DNA of 27,146 nucleotides from a virus (Duplodnaviria; Heunggongvirae; Uroviricota; Caudoviricetes): IMG/VR virus record IMGVR_UViG_2531839485_000010; one strand, 5' to 3'. Shown piece by piece: positions 17,586 to 27,146 of this stretch (position 1 is its first letter; each line of letters starts with the position of its first letter). The notes under the pieces were generated by a model. It saw only the letters and a program-made list of their open reading frames with translations, ran no database searches and was not told where the DNA came from. The position numbers and the translations under genes were made by a program.

Positions 17586-19784
17586 TTACTGCTGTGGTTG
17601 TTGCTGAGTTGATTTTTGCAGGATGCTGCTGATGTCCATGCGCTGCGCATGGCCCTGTGCCTGACTTTTCAGGACAAGCTCTGCATCAGCACGGGCATTA
17701 TCTCCTTGCTGTTGCTGGAACTGTCCGAGCAGTTTCAGCGCCTCACGGATATCAGATTTTTGCTGGCTATCGGCAGATGCGAGGATTTTCACAACATTTG
17801 CCGCAGCAACCTGAGCATCCGTCTGTGCCTGGAATACTTTAACCTGAATGGCTGCTTGTTCGTTCTGCGCTTTCTGCAATTCAGCCTGACCAGCAAGAAG
17901 CTGACCTTGCGCAGCAACCATAGCCGGATCTGGCTGACTGGCCTGTTGTTGTTTCGCCTGCTCAACCATTTGCTGTTCTTCAGGCGTTCTCGGCTTGATA
18001 ACGCCAGACAGAAGCAACTGATTGCGGTTGTATTCTTTCAGGTCGTCCATCCCTTCGCCGTCCATATTGTCGAGAATCATCGACGATACAAGGTCATGCT
18101 TCGGCGTTCCTGGCGGGATAAGTGCCAGCATGGAAAGTAACGACTTAACCGTTGCATCACGGCGAGTAGCGAACGACTGACCGACATCGACAGTCACTTC
18201 ATAGTTACCCTGCGAAAGGTCGTTAAGCGCGATAACCTGCCCTGTCTGACGGTCAACCACTTCACCAGTCATCAGCGCCACGTCATCGCTGCCGTCCTCA
18301 TTAACGATACGCATCGGCGTATCGCTGCCATAGACTTCACGCGCCATAGAAAGCCACACAACGCCAGCGCGACGCATGGATTTAGCCATGTTGTCCATGT
18401 AGATATAGGACTGCGTGTCCATCCGGTTAAAAATGCTATCAACGGTATCGGTGGCGACGTTGCTCGGCATGTTCTCAAGCTGCGACGCACCTGTAATTTG
18501 CTGAATAGCCGTTCCGGTGTACTGCAATAGCCCGGCAAGAGCTGGAGGCATTTGTGTCGGAGGTGTCCAGCCAGCAACCTGAGCTTCTGAAATGACTGTT
18601 CCGTTTTTGTCCTTCTTGCTGGTCATAGGAAGAACTGCAGGTCTTTTCTTATTCCTCTCTGCCCAGTGGTTCATTAATGGGCCGGGAATGAAATCAACAT
18701 CCACGATAGGAATGCCATCACCGCCAGCCTGAGTGGCGTTATCTGCAATCATGGAAACCATCAGGTTCTCAAGACGCTGTGCATCCATCGCTTTTGCTGC
18801 GTGGCCTTCGATTCGCTCCTGATTATCAACAAATGAGCGACGCCCATATACCGGGATGAGAGGAATATGTTCGCCCGGAATACGCTTCGGTTCTTCCAGC
18901 CATTCAGCGCCAGACAGAAGACCGCAATAAACTCTGCGTTTCTTCACTGTCCTCTCACCGATCAGTTCGAATGCGCCATCGGTTAGCTCGTCGACAATAT
19001 CTTTGATTTGCTCTTCATCATAGATTGCCGTTTCTCCGCTAACAGGGTTACGCCATGCTGTGAGCTTCACCTTCTCTATGCGAACTTCGTAGTAGCGCCC
19101 AATATAGATGGCATCAGGCGTTGACCAGTCATATTGAGTACCAGTGTCATCACGAGAAAGACTTGCCGCGATGGAATCAGGGTATTCAGCCTCGAACGCT
19201 TTAGGCGTCATGGAGAACATTTCCATAGCCCACATAGCATCAGAGCGGTCATATTGCTTGCTGTCCTGATCGAAGAAGACGCATGTCGCTGGGTCGTAAA
19301 CAGGAAGAAGGCTGATGCGTCGCTGATCGTTACTTGGGTCCATTTCATCTTCGTAATCAGCACACATGCGGAAACAACCGAATCCGCCCGTTACAGCATC
19401 ATCAAATGCGTTATCACACGCTTCGCCACCGGATGTTTCCTGATAGTCAGCGCGGAATTTGCCGTTCATCTTTTCGGCTAACGCTTCCGATGCCTTATCG
19501 TCCTTCGGCCTGAATTTAACGCTTATGCGATTCTGTCGATACTCGCCAATGATGCGATCACATTCACGGGCAATCTTATTCAGTTCAAAGCGCGGATAAT
19601 GCTCAAACCTGCCTTCATCAAATGAGTAACCAGCGTTTGTGCTGCCTTCCCACTGTGCGCCGGATACCCGGACGAAACGTTGAGCCTCAATAATCTGCTC
19701 ACGCATATCCTGCGTTGCTGACCAGGCATTATCAAAGTTGCACAGCACCTTGCGATGCCAGTCATTCATCTTTTTTTCTGCCAT
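17586..19784 (-). CDS. Portal protein, P22 gp1-like
   Basis: 732 aa (P22 portal is 725 aa); conserved segment RRVYCGLLSGAEWLEEPKRIPGEHIPLIPVYG and a long Gln-rich C-terminal helical tail. Confidence 0.9.
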   Translation of the reverse strand: MAEKKMNDWHRKVLCNFDNAWSATQDMREQIIEAQRFVRVSGAQWEGSTNAGYSFDEGRFEHYPRFELNKIARECDRIIGEYRQNRISVKFRPKDDKASEALAEKMNGKFRADYQETSGGEACDNAFDDAVTGGFGCFRMCADYEDEMDPSNDQRRISLLPVYDPATCVFFDQDSKQYDRSDAMWAMEMFSMTPKAFEAEYPDSIAASLSRDDTGTQYDWSTPDAIYIGRYYEVRIEKVKLTAWRNPVSGETAIYDEEQIKDIVDELTDGAFELIGERTVKKRRVYCGLLSGAEWLEEPKRIPGEHIPLIPVYGRRSFVDNQERIEGHAAKAMDAQRLENLMVSMIADNATQAGGDGIPIVDVDFIPGPLMNHWAERNKKRPAVLPMTSKKDKNGTVISEAQVAGWTPPTQMPPALAGLLQYTGTAIQQITGASQLENMPSNVATDTVDSIFNRMDTQSYIYMDNMAKSMRRAGVVWLSMAREVYGSDTPMRIVNEDGSDDVALMTGEVVDRQTGQVIALNDLSQGNYEVTVDVGQSFATRRDATVKSLLSMLALIPPGTPKHDLVSSMILDNMDGEGMDDLKEYNRNQLLLSGVIKPRTPEEQQMVEQAKQQQASQPDPAMVAAQGQLLAGQAELQKAQNEQAAIQVKVFQAQTDAQVAAANVVKILASADSQQKSDIREALKLLGQFQQQQGDNARADAELVLKSQAQGHAQRMDISSILQKSTQQQPQQ

Positions 19785-19785
19785 A

Positions 19786-21201
19786 TCAACCTACACCACA
19801 AGGAATTGAGTAACTGGAATAGTCGGGTTGCGCAGCCGACTCCGGGCAATGCATGCACATCATCAGCGCATCAGCCAGGTTAGGAGATGGAATACCGAGC
19901 TTCTGCTTCATTTCGACCTTAGTCATAAGCTCCAGCTTCCCGTTGTTATTGAATTTGCGCTGAATCTGCGTCAGTTCTGCAAACAGCTTCTCCAGCATAT
20001 TCTCGCCTATCGCTTCTTTGTCGAAACTCAGCATGTCGTCGGGGTCTGCATACTCACCGTGGACAACCGCCCGATATGTCAGATACAGCCTGTCAGCCAG
20101 CACGTAATAGAATTGCGCTCGCTTATTGCGGAACACATCACCAATAGTGCGAACGTTGTCACCCTGTACGACTTCATCAGCCCATGCTCCGGCCTGATAC
20201 GGCGCATCTTCATCGAATGGCGATTCACTTCCCTTGAACATCGTGGCGGTGATTTTCTTGCCGGAGAACGCTTCCGTTGTCTGTCTGCGTAGGCCCGCAC
20301 CGACGCCATCACCGTCCCACAGGTAATGGTCAGCGCCGTCTTCAATCGCCAGCGAAGTAGCCCAGTCAGCACCCTCGTTGATGTCCATCAGCAGGCCTTC
20401 GGCAATGCGCTTAACAACCGAACCGTGACGCGATGCATAACCTTTAGCATCTGGCCCTGTATCTGATGGGTCATGCGCAGAGACAACCGCGCCCTTCGCT
20501 TTCCATCCGAGTTTCTTGTGCGCATCGGTTGCGGCTTCAAGCCATTCACGTTTGATGATTGCCATATCACTTGCGCTTACTGGCTCACCAAGCCAGATGT
20601 GACGATACAGTGTCGGATTTCTGCGTTTACACTCTTCCATCTCCAGACGGAGAACTTCAGGAAAGTGCGGGTTGTCGGTGTAGTTCACCGTCAGCAGACA
20701 AATATCATCAGGAGGATTTACGACGAATCGCTGATAGGTATCGTCGAGGATGTTCTTCGGGTTAAAGCTCACCCATATTTCAGAGAACGGCTTACGGATG
20801 GTTGGTATCAGGATATCCCATGATTCCTTCGTTACCGCTTCCGCTTCTTCCACCCAGCAGATATCAATGCCTTCGAGCGATTTAATCTTCGTCGGGTTGT
20901 TTTTGATGCCGTAGAACATGAATTCAGCATTCGTTCCGAGATGACGAATCATTGAACGCTGAATTTCAAACTCAGCCGAATACCCTTCCCGCTCTATGGT
21001 GTCTTCAAGCAACCGGATTACCGAATCGCTGATACTGTTTTGCAGTTCACGAGCGCAGAGAATACGCACAGGCTGCCGGCGCGCCGCTTCAACAAGCAGC
21101 CTCGCAATTGCCCATGACTTACCGCTACCTCGACCGCCTTTGGCGACTTTGTAGCGATGCGCCTCAATGAACGGTTCAAAGATAGGATTAATCGAGGTCA
21201 T
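19786..21201 (-). CDS. Terminase large subunit
   Basis: 471 aa; Walker A motif KGGRGSGKS near the N-terminus and an acidic nuclease domain; ATGA overlap with the small-subunit gene. Confidence 0.95.
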   Translation of the reverse strand: MTSINPIFEPFIEAHRYKVAKGGRGSGKSWAIARLLVEAARRQPVRILCARELQNSISDSVIRLLEDTIEREGYSAEFEIQRSMIRHLGTNAEFMFYGIKNNPTKIKSLEGIDICWVEEAEAVTKESWDILIPTIRKPFSEIWVSFNPKNILDDTYQRFVVNPPDDICLLTVNYTDNPHFPEVLRLEMEECKRRNPTLYRHIWLGEPVSASDMAIIKREWLEAATDAHKKLGWKAKGAVVSAHDPSDTGPDAKGYASRHGSVVKRIAEGLLMDINEGADWATSLAIEDGADHYLWDGDGVGAGLRRQTTEAFSGKKITATMFKGSESPFDEDAPYQAGAWADEVVQGDNVRTIGDVFRNKRAQFYYVLADRLYLTYRAVVHGEYADPDDMLSFDKEAIGENMLEKLFAELTQIQRKFNNNGKLELMTKVEMKQKLGIPSPNLADALMMCMHCPESAAQPDYSSYSIPCGVG

Positions 21202-21638
21202 TTTCCAAATAGAGTGCTCATCGGTGATGTTTCAATCTGGATTGCGCCGCCGTCTTTGCCTGTTAGCTCGTGATCAACCTTGTCGCGCCATTTATCCTTC
21301 TGTCGGTTCTTAAGCCAGAAAATGGCAGCGGTTGTATCAGGCGGGTAATACTTCTCAAGCGGAGTTTCGACAATTCTGTTTTCAATAACACGAATATCGA
21401 TGTCTGGAGCCACGAAGCCCATAGCGCGTTGATAAAGACGATCACTAACTTCTGCATCAGCGACGGCCTTACCCTTTTTTATGGACTCCGAAAACTTAGG
21501 ATAATCAAGCTTCCACTTGTTAATAGTTGACTCACTGACTTCGAAGAAATCAGCAAGCTCTGCATCGGTGTAGCCCAGCAAGCACAGTTTGCGTGCCTGT
21601 TCGGCGTACGCCTCTTGATACTTTGTTGGGCGCGCCAT
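21198..21638 (-). CDS. Terminase small subunit
   Basis: 146 aa with an N-terminal HTH (TDAELADFFEVSESTINKWK) typical of terminase small subunits; immediately upstream of the large subunit. Confidence 0.85.
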   Translation of the reverse strand: MARPTKYQEAYAEQARKLCLLGYTDAELADFFEVSESTINKWKLDYPKFSESIKKGKAVADAEVSDRLYQRAMGFVAPDIDIRVIENRIVETPLEKYYPPDTTAAIFWLKNRQKDKWRDKVDHELTGKDGGAIQIETSPMSTLFGK

Positions 21639-21640
21639 GT

Positions 21641-21883
21641 TTATGCTCCGGTAGTGAACAGGTCTAACGCTTCCTTCGATTTACGCACCGCTTCGATAGT
21701 GCGGGTCGTGATATCCGAATTAGCGCCGCCTGACTGGAAGTGAATTTTGAATAGCTCAAGCTTCAGCTCGTCAGTGCCAATGAATTGAAATGCTTCTTCT
21801 GCGGCTGCGTTCTGGTTCATGACCAGTTTGTAAATCTCTAACTGGAATTTCTGTTCTTCAGTCATGGGAATAATCTCTGCCAT
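21641..21883 (-). CDS. Hypothetical 80-aa protein upstream of the terminase small subunit
   Basis: ORF directly abutting the terminase small-subunit gene; no recognisable motif. Confidence 0.45.
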   Translation of the reverse strand: MAEIIPMTEEQKFQLEIYKLVMNQNAAAEEAFQFIGTDELKLELFKIHFQSGGANSDITTRTIEAVRKSKEALDLFTTGA

Positions 21884-22110
21884 TGTTGGCTCCGTTTATC
21901 CGTTAAAAGGGATATCAGTTAAGTTATCCCGTGTAGGGTATAAGCCATTGTCGAGACCACTCATTGAATGGTCTCTGCAATAACCGATGTCTTTCCATCA
22001 GTCCGCCACCACAAAGAATCTTTTTTGCCATAAGGCTGGAGGTTCATCTTTCAGTGGCTGCCAGTGTTATTTCCCCACTTTCTGGCTTGGGTTGTTTCGC
22101 TGTACTGCCG

Positions 22111-22653
22111 TTAATTGGTGAGTCCGGGGATTACGGTTTGCCCGTGCTGTTCAAGGCGTTCAATTCTCGCCAGTAGCTGAGGCTTCTTAATTTTTCCCCA
22201 GCGATTAAGCAGGCGGCCTGACATACTGGCAACATCCTTCTCTTTCATGTACTCCAGCATTACGGCATTTCTCTCTTCTTCAAATTGACGATGACCAACC
22301 TGAAGCATGGCGTACATCCAGTTGAATGCGTTGATGTAAGCAATTTTGATACGCATTGCTTCTTTTTTGGTGTAGGACATAACCAAAAGCATCAACCCAT
22401 CCTTGCGGAGACGGTAGAATTTTTGCGGCTTACCATTCTGTAACTCATTGTTTTTATAGCAAAGCTCAAAGTTGAGCTTTGTATCAAACTCAGGAGGGCA
22501 AGCTTCTATGGTTCGTTCAATGTCACGAACCACGTTCTTCGGCAGCTTTCCAAATGCTTTTGCCACCATAAAAGAATCTGTAACCGGATCGTTGTTTGCT
22601 ACAAAAATTAGGTCTCTGAAATCTATATCGTTAACAACGGTTGGGTAGTTCAT
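22111..22653 (-). CDS. rha: Rha family phage regulatory protein
   Basis: 180 aa; N-terminal region (DLIFVANNDPVTDSFMVAKAFGKLPKNVVRDIE) matches the Rha family signature as recalled; located between the lysis genes and terminase as in P22. Confidence 0.75.
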   Translation of the reverse strand: MNYPTVVNDIDFRDLIFVANNDPVTDSFMVAKAFGKLPKNVVRDIERTIEACPPEFDTKLNFELCYKNNELQNGKPQKFYRLRKDGLMLLVMSYTKKEAMRIKIAYINAFNWMYAMLQVGHRQFEEERNAVMLEYMKEKDVASMSGRLLNRWGKIKKPQLLARIERLEQHGQTVIPGLTN

Positions 22654-22801
22654 TGCGTCTTTACCTTTTAGAAAGATGAGCCTGTTCGCACAGAAAAGCC
22701 GTCCCCGAGATGGTCGCCACCATATACGGCAATTCTCAGGCTCAGCTTTCTGAAAGACTCGGGATTGTTACGCGCTGCGATGCGCGGTTTACTGCAGATG
22801 T

Positions 22802-22826
22802 AAAAAAGCCCCGCAAATGCGAGGCT
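22802..22826 (-). terminator. Candidate intrinsic terminator downstream of the lysis cassette (minus strand)
   Basis: On the minus strand GCCUCGCAUUUGCGGGGC followed by UUUUUU; stem is imperfect. Confidence 0.35.
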
Positions 22827-22999
22827 AAATCCTGGTATTTGTAATGACTGGCTCTTATCTCAACGCAGCCCCTTACCGCGCGCCAGATGCTCAATATCAA
22901 GCATCAGCAATGAGATGTTTAATCTGGATTCACTCCAGAGGTGATCATCACCCTGTCTACAGAGCCAGATGTGAAGGATGATGAGTAAAATTATCGCTA

Positions 23000-23467
23000 T
23001 CATCGAAGGCATTGCGTCCTGATGTATTCCTGAAGCGTTCTCAGTGCTGTTTGGTCGCGGATAATTCCGCCCCGGATACCGAGAACGTTTCGTCCAGCAA
23101 CTGGAGAGAGTTCGACGGTGGCATCATTGCCCATGCCGGAGGCGCTGGAGGCTTCGGCTGAGGATGGCACAGGGCATTTTCCTTTGACGAGCACCCTGCC
23201 ACCATTACCAAGCTTGCGCCGAAGAGCATCATTTTCAGCTTTCGCATCAGCTAACTCCTTCGTGTATTTAGCATCGAGCGCAGCAACATCACGCTGACGC
23301 TGATGCATGTCAGTAATGATCGCGTTCGCCTTCTCCAGTTCACTGGCTTTGTTATCGCGCTGCTCTTTGTAGGCGATGGCGTTATCACGGTAATGATTAA
23401 CAGCCCATGACAGGCAGACGATGATGCAGATAACCAGAGCGGAGATAATCGCGGTTAACCTGCTCAT
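23000..23467 (-). CDS. rz: Rz i-spanin
   Basis: From the ATG at 23467 the protein starts [30 protein letters not shown], nearly identical to lambda Rz as recalled; N-terminal transmembrane helix then coiled coil. Confidence 0.85.
   Translation of the reverse strand: MSRLTAIISALVICIIVCLSWAVNHYRDNAIAYKEQRDNKASELEKANAIITDMHQRQRDVAALDAKYTKELADAKAENDALRRKLGNGGRVLVKGKCPVPSSAEASSASGMGNDATVELSPVAGRNVLGIRGGIIRDQTALRTLQEYIRTQCLR
23041..23247 (-). CDS. rz1: Rz1 o-spanin, embedded in the +1 frame of Rz
   Basis: [21 protein letters not shown]: lipoprotein signal with lipobox VAGC, followed by a Pro-rich region (PKPPAPPAW); lambda Rz1-like. Confidence 0.8.
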   Translation of the reverse strand: MRKLKMMLFGASLVMVAGCSSKENALCHPQPKPPAPPAWAMMPPSNSLQLLDETFSVSGAELSATKQH

Positions 23468-23961
23468 TGCTGACCCCACAAACAGACTTCACGCTCAATC
23501 TCACGGCGAGTCATCAGCCCTTTCCATTGCTTACCGCCAGCGTATGTCCAGCGACGTAGCTGGTCACATGCGCCTTTGATATCGCCCTGGTTTATTTTGC
23601 GAAGAAGCGTCGATGTTCTGAAATTTCCAGCACCAACGTTGTAAACGAACGAGTAAAGAGCGCCGCGCGTTGTTTCCGGTATATCGACTTTGATGTACGG
23701 GTTAATTTGTCTGGCGACAGTGGCAAGGTCTTTATTCAGGAGGGCTTTGCATTCTGCTTCGGTATACGTTTTACCGAGCATAATGTCTTTTCCGGTATGC
23801 CCGTAACATACAGTCCATACACCAACGATATCTTTATATGGTATGTAGCTGACGCCTTCCAGACCATCGTTACCACTTGGGCCAGTGATTAACACAGATG
23901 CTATGGCAATAGCCCCGCCACCAATAGCAGCAGCAACGGCTTTTCGTAATGATGGAGGCAT
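23464..23961 (-). CDS. SAR endolysin (T4-lysozyme-type muramidase with an N-terminal signal-anchor-release domain)
   Basis: N-terminal Gly/Ala-rich weakly hydrophobic segment ([20 protein letters not shown]) followed by a lysozyme core ([11 protein letters not shown]); phage 21 R-like. Confidence 0.85.
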   Translation of the reverse strand: MPPSLRKAVAAAIGGGAIAIASVLITGPSGNDGLEGVSYIPYKDIVGVWTVCYGHTGKDIMLGKTYTEAECKALLNKDLATVARQINPYIKVDIPETTRGALYSFVYNVGAGNFRTSTLLRKINQGDIKGACDQLRRWTYAGGKQWKGLMTRREIEREVCLWGQQ

Positions 23962-24176
23962 TATTCACCTCTCGCAGCCTTTCGTCTGTCTTCTCTGATT
24001 TTGAAATACAGATTTGTCAGATAAGTGAGAAAACCCAACACAAGGCTTCCAAGCACTCCAATCGCAGCCCACTGTGACGGACTGACCTGATCCAACCACT
24101 GCAAAAACCAGTATCCCGCACTACCAGCAGATGTTCCGTAGGCAATGCCAGTTGAGATTTTGTCCATTGATTTCAT
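23961..24176 (-). CDS. Pinholin, phage 21 S-type, with dual start (MKSMDK...)
   Basis: 71 aa, two transmembrane segments; sequence matches the phage 21 S pinholin as recalled, including the upstream MKS antiholin start and the MDK holin start. Confidence 0.85.
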   Translation of the reverse strand: MKSMDKISTGIAYGTSAGSAGYWFLQWLDQVSPSQWAAIGVLGSLVLGFLTYLTNLYFKIREDRRKAARGE

Positions 24177-24236
24177 AGCAACGCCTCCGCCAGTAACGGA
24201 TTGCGTAGTTCTTATATTGGGAAGGGGAAAAAAGAA

Positions 24237-24290
24237 GGCCGCAGCGTAACTATCACTGATGAATTCATGATAGCCAGTGGCTACGGCTCA
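24237..24290 (-). other. Composite inverted-repeat RNA structure in the holin leader; outer arms match the tailspike-leader hairpin
   Basis: Minus strand GCCGTAGC...GCTGCGGC outer arms enclosing CTATCA/TGATAG and the palindrome ATGAATTCAT; about 60 nt upstream of the holin start. Confidence 0.4.
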
Positions 24291-24294
24291 GTTA

Positions 24295-24370
24295 TGGTGC
24301 TGGTTAACGGACTTGAACCGCTACCCATTCGCTTACAAGGCGACTGCTCTACCATTGGAGCTAAACCAGC
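24295..24370 (-). tRNA. tRNA-Thr (anticodon UGU)
   Basis: Hand-folded 76-nt cloverleaf on the minus strand: acceptor GCTGGTT/AACCAGC, D-arm GCTC-CAATGGTA-GAGC, anticodon loop CTTGTAA, T-arm AGCGG-TTCAAGT-CCGTT, discriminator A, encoded CCA. Confidence 0.8.
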
Positions 24371-24375
24371 ATATT

Positions 24376-24450
24376 TGGCGGGACAGCGTGGACTCGAACC
24401 ACGATAAGAAGGTTAACAGCCTTCCGTAATGACCTTTATACGACTGACCC
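24376..24450 (-). tRNA. tRNA-Asn-like (anticodon GUU), slightly aberrant
   Basis: 75 nt, 5 nt upstream of tRNA-Thr: anticodon stem-loop GAAGG-CTGTTAA-CCTTC (same loop as E. coli tRNA-Asn), T-arm CGTGG-TTCGAGT-CCACG, encoded CCA; one T-T mismatch in the acceptor stem and a 3-bp D-stem. Confidence 0.5.
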
Positions 24451-24541
24451 AAATAAAAAAAGCCACCGTTGCAACTTAAGAGTCACTAACGGCAGCTTAT
24501 GCGAATAGTGTTGCTCATTTGCTCAATGATGTCAACACGTT
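24451..24541 (-). promoter_or_regulatory. Candidate late promoter (PR'-like) and Q-utilisation region between Q and the tRNAs
   Basis: Minus strand has a perfect -35 TTGACA 10 nt after the Q stop, then a weak -10, then a hairpin-like element followed by T7 just before the tRNA. Layout matches Q-PR'-tR'-tRNA-lysis in lambdoid phages. Confidence 0.4.
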
Positions 24542-25030
24542 CTATGCTACATGTTTAATTTTCTCTACACGTTTCCGGTTTTTAAACGCACTATCCAGAA
24601 CCGGGTAAATCATAAACAACGAGGCATTGAGGATTTCGTCAACTTCCCGTCGACAGGTTGCGAGCGATGGTTTTTGAATGCGCCCGCCGCCCCGGCATAA
24701 CATCTTGCGAGGTCTTGCGACGCGATGATAGTAAGATGCAATGGCGTGCTTGGAAGAGCCGTGGGCGTAGTAGCTGAGGAGGATGCCAAAGGCTTTCTTG
24801 TCAATGTACATGACGGAATCGACGACCTGAGAAATCAACATTCCATCATCATCATTACACATTGGCCTTGTCATAACTCTTCCCGGCTCTACGCTCTCCA
24901 TGAACTTAGCTATTACGCTGCTCATGCGCTTTTCCAGACGACCTGAATAAACCCATGCGCCCCACAGTTCAAGCCAGCCATTCAGCCACTCGTGCTGTTC
25001 TTTGGTGAGGTTTAGCTCTCTTATGCCCAT
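24542..25030 (-). CDS. Late-gene antiterminator Q
   Basis: About 163 aa from the ATG at 25030, which has an AGGGAGAAGG SD; Cys/His-rich mid-region; located between the nin region and the lysis genes. Assigned to the phage 21/82 Q family from memory. Confidence 0.8.
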   Translation of the reverse strand: MGIRELNLTKEQHEWLNGWLELWGAWVYSGRLEKRMSSVIAKFMESVEPGRVMTRPMCNDDDGMLISQVVDSVMYIDKKAFGILLSYYAHGSSKHAIASYYHRVARPRKMLCRGGGRIQKPSLATCRREVDEILNASLFMIYPVLDSAFKNRKRVEKIKHVA

Positions 25031-25073
25031 GCGCCTTCTCCCTTGTGATCTGGAATGGTTTTTACTGAGAACG

Positions 25074-25685
25074 TCATGCGGCCTCACTTCTGCTGTTTCG
25101 CAGGTCTTTGAGTTTCTGCTGATACTCCGCCTTGATGGCCCTGCACTCTTCGACAGTCCAGCGATGGCGGTTATGGTTTGATTCGATTTCGTCTACTGCT
25201 TCCTGCCCGATGCGGCTAATCAGTTCGACGCGATACGGAACGAGATTTCCGCTTTTGTGCTGGTTGCACACCACGCATTGCTTGTGAATATTGCGTTCAT
25301 CAAATCGGAGTTGAGGTGCCGCAGCAGTTGTCCGGTAATGTCCGGCATCCCACTGAGCAGACGTGAGCGTTCCGCAAGAGATACATGGTAAGTCGCGGTC
25401 TCTTTCTCTGATGAAGGCGTTTACGGCTTGTTGGGCTTGTTTAATCCAGTAACTGCGGGGCTTTAAGGCGAGTTTTCTAATCTTAAGTTTATCTTTCTGT
25501 TTCTGCTCCTCTCGTCGTCGTTTCTTCTCTGCTGCTTTTTCCGCTTTTTCGCGTTCTTTACTTCGTCGTTCGAGTGCTATCTTGGTTCCACACTCTGGAG
25601 AGCACCACCACTGATTAGCGAATGCAGGGTGAAACCATTCCCGACATTCATCGTTTTTACATCGTCTTCGCGCTGGTTTAGCCAT
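25074..25685 (-). CDS. ninG: NinG (Rap) recombination protein
   Basis: [68 protein letters not shown]... is near-identical to lambda NinG as recalled. Confidence 0.9.
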
Positions 25686-25890
25686 CATCTTCTTCCTCGT
25701 GCATCGAGCTATTCGAATCGCTCATCAGCTCTGCACAGCAGTACTCACACACGTGAACTTCCAGCACATGCAGCTTCTGACCGCAATTAGCGCACGTTAA
25801 AGCCCGCTCGACGCTTTCTTGTTCGTAACTTCGATTTGGGTCAATCACCTTGTATTCCTCGCACGATGTCTTAGCCACCGGATATCCCAC
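25678..25890 (-). CDS. ninF: NinF
   Basis: C-terminal ...[47 protein letters not shown] matches lambda NinF as recalled; N-terminus differs and the start (GTG at 25890) is uncertain. Confidence 0.7.
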
Positions 25891-26027
25891 AGGTGAGCCG
25901 TGTAGTTGAAGGTTTTTACGTCAGATTCTTTTGGGATTGGCTTGCGTTTATTTCTGGAGCGTTTCGTTGGAAGGTATTTGCAGTTTTCGCAGATGATGTC
26001 GGTGAAACTTCGTCGCTGTCGCCTCAT
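25845..26027 (-). CDS. ninE: NinE
   Basis: From the internal ATG: [60 protein letters not shown], 60 aa, near-identical to lambda NinE as recalled; ATGA overlap with the upstream gene. Confidence 0.85.
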   Translation of the reverse strand: MRRQRRSFTDIICENCKYLPTKRSRNKRKPIPKESDVKTFNYTAHLWDIRWLRHRARNTR

Positions 26028-26547
26028 GCCGCCCTCCTGACGCCCTGCCCGATCGCCATCAATGCCGCTTTGGATACGGTAGTAAACATCCGTCGAGGAC
26101 TGATGAACGGTCGCCAAATCAGCAGCATGGAGCCTTTGCTGTTTCCCTTCTTCTCCAGCCCTGTCGATGGTTCGATAAAATTAATCCGTCCATCAGTGAT
26201 AATGCGAACTTCGTCGACACTCTCCAGAGCCTTGCTGAACCATCCGACTGACATATCCTCTGGCACAAGCATAACTACCGTCTGTCGCTGTTGTATGCAC
26301 TGCTCAGCGGCTTTTTCCACCCACGGCCTGATATTGCTGTACGGTGGGTTATTCCAGATTGCACCGTGGCTTATCCACTCAGAATTTAGCGCGTCGTCGG
26401 CCTCAGTTAACCAGTGAGCGCACAGAGCATTTTTGTCGCTCGCTGCCGAATCCAGCCAGAATCCAAACTCAATATCCAGTGCATCAAAAAGCCAAAGCGG
26501 CGTTTGCCAGCAGTCCTTGTCGTGTGCTGGCGTATTTGATTTGATAG

Positions 26548-26551
<4 letters not shown>
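26024..26551 (-). CDS. Phage-type DNA N6-adenine methyltransferase (Dam-like)
   Basis: About 176 aa from the ATG at 26551 ([26 protein letters not shown]...); catalytic NPPY motif (WNNPPYSN); coupled to ninB (ATGA) and ninE. Confidence 0.8.

Positions 26552-27146
<595 letters not shown>

Noticed and set aside
17616-18140. 174-aa plus-strand ORF inside the portal gene (plus other antisense ORFs at 19134..19481 and 19828..20292)
   Set aside because: Antisense to confidently called portal and terminase genes; no independent support.
22654-22999. Possible additional gene between rha and Rz
   Set aside because: No ORF of 60 aa or more on either strand; the region only shows a terminator-like hairpin.
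24201-24407. 68-aa plus-strand ORF
   Set aside because: Lies across the two tRNA genes encoded on the opposite strand.
25893-26417. 174-aa plus-strand ORF opposite ninE and the Dam methyltransferase gene
   Set aside because: Antisense to two conserved, translationally coupled nin-region genes.

Overview
The window is almost entirely one P22/Sf6-like lambdoid podovirus genome segment (phage or prophage), with its late operon on the minus strand. From high to low coordinates it runs: nin region (ninB, phage Dam methyltransferase, ninE, ninF, ninG), antiterminator Q, two tandem tRNAs, a phage-21-type lysis cassette (pinholin, SAR endolysin, Rz/Rz1), rha, small and large terminase, portal, scaffold, coat, gp4, gp10, tail needle, gp14-like, three ejection proteins (gp7/gp20/gp16-like), a small accessory (moron) cassette of unknown function, an immI-like region (mnt / arc / ant) and the tailspike. 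On the plus strand at the left end sit a tyrosine integrase and an AT-rich oac-like O-antigen acyltransferase that is frameshifted at an A7 tract. The right edge enters an IS21-family istA gene that appears to have removed the 5' end of ninB. The most interesting points are the accessory cassette at the position where P22 carries sieA (6184-8129) with an operator-like repeat array, an in-frame stop in ant, a predicted sar-like antisense RNA, and a hairpin motif shared between the tailspike and holin leaders. All calls rest on reading the sequence and recalled family knowledge; no database search or folding was run.
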